Positions 16,552 through 21,675 of a DNA stretch of 24,000 nt are shown piece after piece. Both the position numbers and the translations under genes were made by a program. The DNA is from Bacillota bacterium. GTDB lineage: Bacteria; Bacillota; Clostridia; Peptostreptococcales; Acidaminobacteraceae. Location of the stretch: positions 5,959 through 29,958 of the forward strand of contig JAOARG010000065.1 in the NCBI GenBank assembly GCA_025210655.1, written 5' to 3'. Each line of letters starts with the position of its first letter. The stretch's first letter is position 1. Below the pieces are notes generated by a model. The model was given only the letters and a program-made list of their open reading frames with translations, ran no database searches and was not told where the DNA came from.

Positions 16552-18066
16552 TTAACGCTCCTTCCTATCAAACACATGGGCATTATCTTCAGTACCCATT
16601 CCAAATACTGTAGTATCTCTTAGTACGGCTTTGTTATTTCTTAATTTTTCTATTTCCGATTTCTTAACAAGGTATCCAGTAACCCTTATAAGATCAGTAT
16701 TTTTCATATATGTTGTAATATATCTATATCCATTATCAAATGCACCATCAATTATATCTAGCACGGCTCCTGGTTGCTTTAACCATGTTTCATCAAAGGC
16801 AAATAAATCACCTGTTCCTGAAGGGAAATACTTATGAAACTGAGATGACTGCTTGATATGCTCAAGTAATCCAGGTTCTTGACCTACCTTAATTCTGTGA
16901 GCAGGTGTATTGTCCTTATCTTCTTCATGGATAGATGCACCAACCTGAGCATGTAGAAGATATCTGTTTCCAGTTCTTGAAACATATTTACCTTCATGAG
17001 CATCAACAATATTCTGTACTGTTTCCATAATAAGGTGACCTACTTCATCTCCTCTATCAGAAGTACCAAATGTTTCATCAAGACCTTCAAGTTTCAACAT
17101 ATAATTTACAGCATCTGCAAGACCAATAATAGCAAACATAGCAGTAAAGTTATCCTTATCAATAAAACCTTCTTCTTGAAGGAAGCTTGATTCAAAGAAA
17201 TTAGACTTTTCTACAATGAAGCTAATTCTCTTATCCATTATAGAAAGCATATGCTTAGATACCTTTGGTAATAAGTCATTTAATAATTCATCTAAACTTG
17301 AAACTGACTTTACAATTGTTCCAAGACGAAGTCTCGAAAGTGTATACGCTCCCCCTGCAAAAGGAAGGGCATTGTAACAACTACAAAGTGCATGATCTCC
17401 AACATCTTCTGTATAGTACTTATCATTTGAGAATGATGGTTTTGATACCTGTAGGCAAGCTGCAGCCGCAAGTTCAGCAAACTCTCTTGTAGTCTTATCT
17501 TTATCATATCTAAAAGTCATATTTGGTGTTGGATTTCCAAGCTCAACTATTGCTTTTAAAATAAGTCTACCAGCCTTAGTGTCATATGGTCCTATATCTG
17601 CATGACAAAATGAATCAATAATAGTCTTATCTATATGATTTAAAAATCTCTTTATCCTTTTATAATCCTGTTTTTCATCAGTAATAAATGGCTCCATAAG
17701 TTTATCAAGGTGACCAATAAAAACTGGATAAGAAGTAATAGAAGGTACATGACTATAAAGAATCATAAGACCATCAAGTAACTCTTCTAAATCAGTTGGA
17801 GGCTCAAGTTCAAGAAACTTAGAACCTTTTTCTACAAATAATCCGTAGTTAGGTACTATATATCTAGGTCTATAAATACCATAACCTTCGTTCAAATCAC
17901 AAATCATTTGATTATCAATATAAGACATTTCTTCCTCAGTATATCCTAATAAATCAACAGGAGAAAAAAGTCTCTCTGCTACATTACCAAGACCAATAAG
18001 TTTTTGTTGAGTTGTCATCGTCCCACTAGTAATTATATTTAAAACATCTTGCTTGTTCGAAATCAT
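16552..18066 (-). CDS. yjjI: YjjI-family glycyl radical enzyme (DUF3029-type; substrate unknown)
   Basis: 504 aa, about the size of E. coli YjjI. C-terminal glycyl-radical fingerprint DLIRVTGYLVKK (RVxGY; Gly codon at 16677..16675), about 40 residues from the C-terminus. Cys pair HALCSCYNALPFAGG in mid-protein. AAAGGGG RBS before the ATG at 18066. Confidence 0.75.
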   Translation of the reverse strand: MISNKQDVLNIITSGTMTTQQKLIGLGNVAERLFSPVDLLGYTEEEMSYIDNQMICDLNEGYGIYRPRYIVPNYGLFVEKGSKFLELEPPTDLEELLDGLMILYSHVPSITSYPVFIGHLDKLMEPFITDEKQDYKRIKRFLNHIDKTIIDSFCHADIGPYDTKAGRLILKAIVELGNPTPNMTFRYDKDKTTREFAELAAAACLQVSKPSFSNDKYYTEDVGDHALCSCYNALPFAGGAYTLSRLRLGTIVKSVSSLDELLNDLLPKVSKHMLSIMDKRISFIVEKSNFFESSFLQEEGFIDKDNFTAMFAIIGLADAVNYMLKLEGLDETFGTSDRGDEVGHLIMETVQNIVDAHEGKYVSRTGNRYLLHAQVGASIHEEDKDNTPAHRIKVGQEPGLLEHIKQSSQFHKYFPSGTGDLFAFDETWLKQPGAVLDIIDGAFDNGYRYITTYMKNTDLIRVTGYLVKKSEIEKLRNNKAVLRDTTVFGMGTEDNAHVFDRKER

Positions 18067-18146
18067 AGATACACCCCTTTAGTTTATTATCTACCTTAAG
18101 TATAATATTTTATTAGGTGAAATCGAGGACATATGTCCGGCAAGCA

Positions 18147-18176
18147 TAATAAAAGACACTCCTTTTAGAAGTGTCC
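18147..18176 (-). terminator. intrinsic terminator after the radical-SAM pseudogene
   Basis: GACACT (18155-18160) / AGTGTC (18170-18175), followed on the minus strand by TTTTATTAT. It lies 11 nt after the TAG at 18187. Confidence 0.5.
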
Positions 18177-18186
18177 AATAAATACT

Positions 18187-19107
18187 CTATTTCTTTTTTA
18201 TCTGAAGTTCATATATTTTTCCTACTTTAACCTCATGATAAAAACTTTCACCATCAAGCTCTTTTAGAATCATTTCGTTTTGATCAACAGAGATTCTATT
18301 TTTTACTACATGTTTAATAACTTCTCCAACAGCTTCTTTTATATCATCATTTGAAGAAGATAAAAACTTATAGCAAAGGTATTCTCCACCTTCTATAGTC
18401 ATGCCTTTAACACCAATATTCAATGGTATAAGTTTTGTGAACAATTCAACAGCATAATCCCTATCAGCAGTTAAATTATCAGAATGAAGTTCAATAAATT
18501 TTAATCCTGAATTTCTAATCTCATCTACCACATCATCTACAGGCCTATACCTCATATTGTCAAAGAATCTATTAACAAGACAATAATTACACTTATTAAC
18601 ACATCCTCTAGAAACAACAACAGACCCTACATAATTCTACTGACTAATAGGTATCAAATCCAGAGGAAAAGGATTTAATTCACTCAAGTCTACTTCCTTT
18701 GTACTCTCATATATCCTTAATAAATCACCAGATAAATAGTCTTCAAGTAAATACTTCCATGTATTTTCGTACTCTCCTACAAGCAAAGTATCTGCATGTT
18801 TTAAAGCTTCCTTCTGATTAAATTTAACATGCAGTCCACCTAATACAACTGTTTTGCCTGATTTTCTAAATTTATCTGCAATCTCATATCCCCTTAAAGC
18901 ATCCGGAGTAGAAAAAAATATAGCTATGATATCTGCATCACTTTTAAAATTAACCTTCATATTTACCGTTTCATCTACCATATCTATATCGACATCCGAT
19001 GGAGTGCATGCAGCAAGAGAGAAAATAGACTGTGGCGGTGCTGCCATGTATTTTTTATACACTTTAAATGGCCCTTCAGCACATGCTTTTATTATATATA
19101 CCTTCAT
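18187..19107 (-). pseudogene. decayed B12-binding-domain radical SAM gene: in-frame TAG at 18639..18637, radical-SAM core truncated and fused to a GyrI-like C-terminal fragment
   Basis: ORFs 18637..19107 and 18187..18555 are in the same frame, 81 nt apart. Translating across the gap gives ...LIPISQ*NYVGSVVVSRGCVNKCNYCLVNRFFDNMRYRP.... This places the CxxxCxxC motif (18603..18580) between an N-terminal B12-binding-like domain (IIAIFFSTPDALRGYEIADKFRKSGKTVVLGGLH) and only about 55 aa of radical-SAM core. From about codon 48 of the second ORF (near 18414) the sequence switches to IEGGEYLCYKF...IYELQIKKK, which parallels the GyrI-like end of the MerR protein at 20816 (LKKGLYVCIQH...ELQIPVKKK). 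Confidence 0.7.
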
Positions 19108-19128
19108 AATACCGACCTCCTATATAGA

Positions 19129-19159
19129 AGTCTATACCTTAGACATACTCTAAGGTCAA
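19129..19159 (-). promoter_or_regulatory. MerR-style promoter/operator upstream of the radical-SAM pseudogene
   Basis: On the minus strand, TTGACC (19159..19154) is followed either by a 17-nt spacer and TATAGA or by a 19-nt spacer and TAGACT. A perfect dyad ACCTTAGA-N5-TCTAAGGT (19136-19156) overlaps the -35 and fills the spacer. GGAGG RBS at 19120..19116. Confidence 0.45.
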
Positions 19160-19213
19160 TTTTTTTTAAAAGTTTCTCTGAAAAAGTTTCTCCCCTAAAA
19201 AGTTTTTTGACCA

Positions 19214-19260
19214 TTGAAAAAGGGACAGTTTAAATGTTTGCACTCCATTTAAACTATCCC
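19214..19260 (-). terminator. intrinsic terminator of the MATE gene
   Basis: 15-bp stem GGGACAGTTTAAATG (19222-19236) / CATTTAAACTATCCC (19246-19260), with one G-U pair on the minus-strand RNA, followed on the minus strand by TTTTTC. Confidence 0.8.
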
Positions 19261-19407
19261 TGTTACTTCTAAATAATTGACTTCATTAGTTATTAAAACT
19301 TAAGAGATCCATCACAAACAAGTTTCACTAAAGCCAAATTACTTGACAAGTAATTATAAGACCAGAAATATTCTATTATTATTTATAGAAGTAAGTTCAC
19401 AGTATCT

Positions 19408-20751
19408 TTACAACTTGGCAAATGCACCATTTTCATCATGACCTAAAATTACCGAATCCCTCTTAAAAAAGAATATTGTAAGTAAGATAGTCCCCACTTC
19501 TGCAAGAGGAATAGCCATCCATATACCTGTTATACCAAATATGCCTGGTAAGATTAGTATTGCTGGTATCAATAAAACTACTGACCTAGAAAAAGATATC
19601 ATGGCTGATATTTTGCCATTGTTTATTGCAGTAAAATAACCGGATCCTAAAATATTTAATCCTGCTATTAATAAGGCTACTGAGAAAATCTTTAAGCCAT
19701 TACTTGCCATGGCAGCAGTTTGTAAATCGTTTTTTAGGAATAGACTTATTGGATAATTTCCAAATAACTGTATCAATACAAACAAGCAAACAGATAAAGT
19801 TACAATAATAGTAACTGATTTTTTAACTATATCTTGAATCATTTCATAATTTTTAGCTCCATAACTGTAACTTATGGCAGGTTGTATTCCCATAGTAAGT
19901 CCTATAGAAACTGCAATAAAAATAAATAAAATGTACATAAGCACAGAGTTTGCTGCTACTCCATTTGCACCCGCATATTTTATCAATGTCACATTAAACA
20001 ATACAGCTGTAATTGCTCCCGACAATTCTGTTACCATTTCAGATGAACCGTTGATTGAAGCTTCTTTTAGAAACTTTAAGTCCATTGATGGTTTAATATA
20101 TCTTATGTGTTTAGGATTTCTAAAAAAGTGGGCTGCTCCTACGAATGATGGTACAATTATTCCTATTACTGTCGCATAACCAGCTCCTGCTATACCTAAG
20201 CCTAATTTTGCAACAAAAAAGTAATCAAGAATCATATTGATAATACCACCAATAACTGTAACAATAAGGCTAAGATTTGCGCAATCATCCACCCTTAAAA
20301 AATACTCATAACTTACCTTAACACCTAAAAAAGGTATTGCAAAAAACAAAATTCTTGCATATATGGTTGCATCCCTATAAAGATCAGGGCTCACTCCCAA
20401 AATCTTTAATACAAAATCTAAATTCAGAAGACCAAGTATAGTCACAATAATTGTAGCTACAATAATCACAACTGTAATTAGAGAAAAATCATTATTTGCC
20501 CTTTCTTTATTTCCTTCACCTAATGCAATAGAAATAAGAGCACTTCCTCCAACCGAAAGCATAATAGCAACACCAAATCCAAGATTATATATAGGATGTG
20601 TAATATTAACTGCCGCAAGGGCATCAGTACCAACATAACGAGCTACAAATAGTCCATCAACTATAGTATATAAAGATATAAATAGCATACTAAGAACAGA
20701 CGGTAATACATATTTCCAAAATTCTTTATAATTCCACTTACCCGAAAACAT
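19408..20751 (-). CDS. MATE family multidrug/toxin efflux transporter
   Basis: 447 aa with about 12 TM helices. Typical MATE N-terminus FWKYVLPSVLSMLFISLYTIVDGLFVARYVGTDALAAVNI. GGAGGAA RBS. Confidence 0.9.
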   Translation of the reverse strand: MFSGKWNYKEFWKYVLPSVLSMLFISLYTIVDGLFVARYVGTDALAAVNITHPIYNLGFGVAIMLSVGGSALISIALGEGNKERANNDFSLITVVIIVATIIVTILGLLNLDFVLKILGVSPDLYRDATIYARILFFAIPFLGVKVSYEYFLRVDDCANLSLIVTVIGGIINMILDYFFVAKLGLGIAGAGYATVIGIIVPSFVGAAHFFRNPKHIRYIKPSMDLKFLKEASINGSSEMVTELSGAITAVLFNVTLIKYAGANGVAANSVLMYILFIFIAVSIGLTMGIQPAISYSYGAKNYEMIQDIVKKSVTIIVTLSVCLFVLIQLFGNYPISLFLKNDLQTAAMASNGLKIFSVALLIAGLNILGSGYFTAINNGKISAMISFSRSVVLLIPAILILPGIFGITGIWMAIPLAEVGTILLTIFFFKRDSVILGHDENGAFAKL

Positions 20752-20770
20752 AGTTTTCCTCCTTCGCTAA

Positions 20771-20805
20771 TGATATAATAAAGTATATAGCACGTATAAG
20801 GTCAA
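20771..20805. promoter_or_regulatory. overlapping divergent promoters of the MATE and merR-like genes
   Basis: On the minus strand, TTGACC (20805..20800), a 19-nt spacer and TATTAT (20780..20775), which is the suboptimal spacing typical of MerR-activated promoters. On the plus strand, an extended -10 TGATATAAT (20771-20779). Confidence 0.45.
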
Positions 20806-20815
20806 GGAGTTTTTT

Positions 20816-21658
20816 ATGGAAAATAAAATTTTAATTGGAGAAGTATCCCGCTATTTCAACATATCAAAGCAAACACTAATACATTATGACCGTATAGGTT
20901 TACTTCATCCATCAGTAATTGAAAATAATGGTTACAGGTATTATACATTTGAGGATATTGATAAGTTAGATGTCATTCTTAGTCTAAAAGACGCTGGACT
21001 TAAACTTAGTGAGATAGGTAAATATTTAGAAAATCCCTCCCTAGAAGAAAGTCTCAAACTTCTAAAAGTTCAAAATAATATTCTTGAAAAGAAAATAGAA
21101 AAACTTCAGAAAACACAAAAAAAACTTCACCACAAAATTGAGGAGATAAAATACATAAACCAAAACGATTTTTTTAATGATATTCGTCTCATCGAAAAAA
21201 AAGAAAGATATGTATTATATGAAGACATAGACTTTACATGTCCAGATATTAATAGCTTCCCTGATGCAATGGGCTTATTAAGGGAACGGATGGATAAGAA
21301 AGAATGCTACTTTAAATATCTCCATTCCTTAGTAGGAGTATTTGTTGATAACAAAAACTTTGAGAAGGGCATATTTTCAGAACTGTTTAGATTATTCGTA
21401 TTCATTGATGAGTACAAAAATCAATCAAATGAACTCGTACTAAAAAAAGGGCTTTATGTATGCATCCAACACCATGGATTATTTGAAAACACACATATAT
21501 CCTATAAAAAAGCCTTGGAGTTTATAGATAAACACAAGCTAGAAATAACAGGAAACTCAATTGAAATTCCCCTATTGTCTTCTTGGTCGGTAAAGTCAGA
21601 GGATGAATATAGAACAGAGCTACAAATTCCAGTTAAGAAAAAGGAGCAGTCTGTTTAA
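20816..21658 (+). CDS. MerR family transcriptional regulator with a C-terminal GyrI-like effector-binding domain (BmrR-type architecture)
   Basis: N-terminal MerR HTH IGEVSRYFNISKQTLIHYDRIGLLHP...GYRYY, then a coiled-coil linker (LKVQNNILEKKIEKLQKTQKKLHHKIEE), then an approximately 150-aa GyrI-like domain. AAGGAG RBS. Confidence 0.9.
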   Translation: MENKILIGEVSRYFNISKQTLIHYDRIGLLHPSVIENNGYRYYTFEDIDKLDVILSLKDAGLKLSEIGKYLENPSLEESLKLLKVQNNILEKKIEKLQKTQKKLHHKIEEIKYINQNDFFNDIRLIEKKERYVLYEDIDFTCPDINSFPDAMGLLRERMDKKECYFKYLHSLVGVFVDNKNFEKGIFSELFRLFVFIDEYKNQSNELVLKKGLYVCIQHHGLFENTHISYKKALEFIDKHKLEITGNSIEIPLLSSWSVKSEDEYRTELQIPVKKKEQSV

Positions 21659-21675
21659 GGACTGCCCCTTTTTAA
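21643..21675. terminator. bidirectional terminator between the convergent merR-like and P-type ATPase genes
   Basis: GCAGTC (21646-21651) / GACTGC (21660-21665), followed by CCCTTTTTAATT on the plus strand. The complementary A-rich flank gives CTCCTTTTTCTT on the minus strand. Confidence 0.65.

Noticed and set aside
18637-18639. In-frame TAG read as pyrrolysine or as a reassigned sense codon
   Set aside because: TAG serves as the ordinary stop of at least five genes in this window (2422, 3909, 7705, 12540, 18187), several of them directly followed by terminators. No pyl genes are visible, and the same gene is independently truncated and fused. A nonsense mutation or sequencing error is far more likely.
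19339-19353. 15-bp palindrome TTACTTG-A-CAAGTAA between the MATE stop codon and its terminator, containing TTGACA
   Set aside because: There is no suitably spaced -10 box and no downstream gene on the plus strand. The single-base centre rules out an RNA hairpin. It could be a protein-binding site, but nothing in the context supports a role, and AT-rich palindromes of this size occur by chance.
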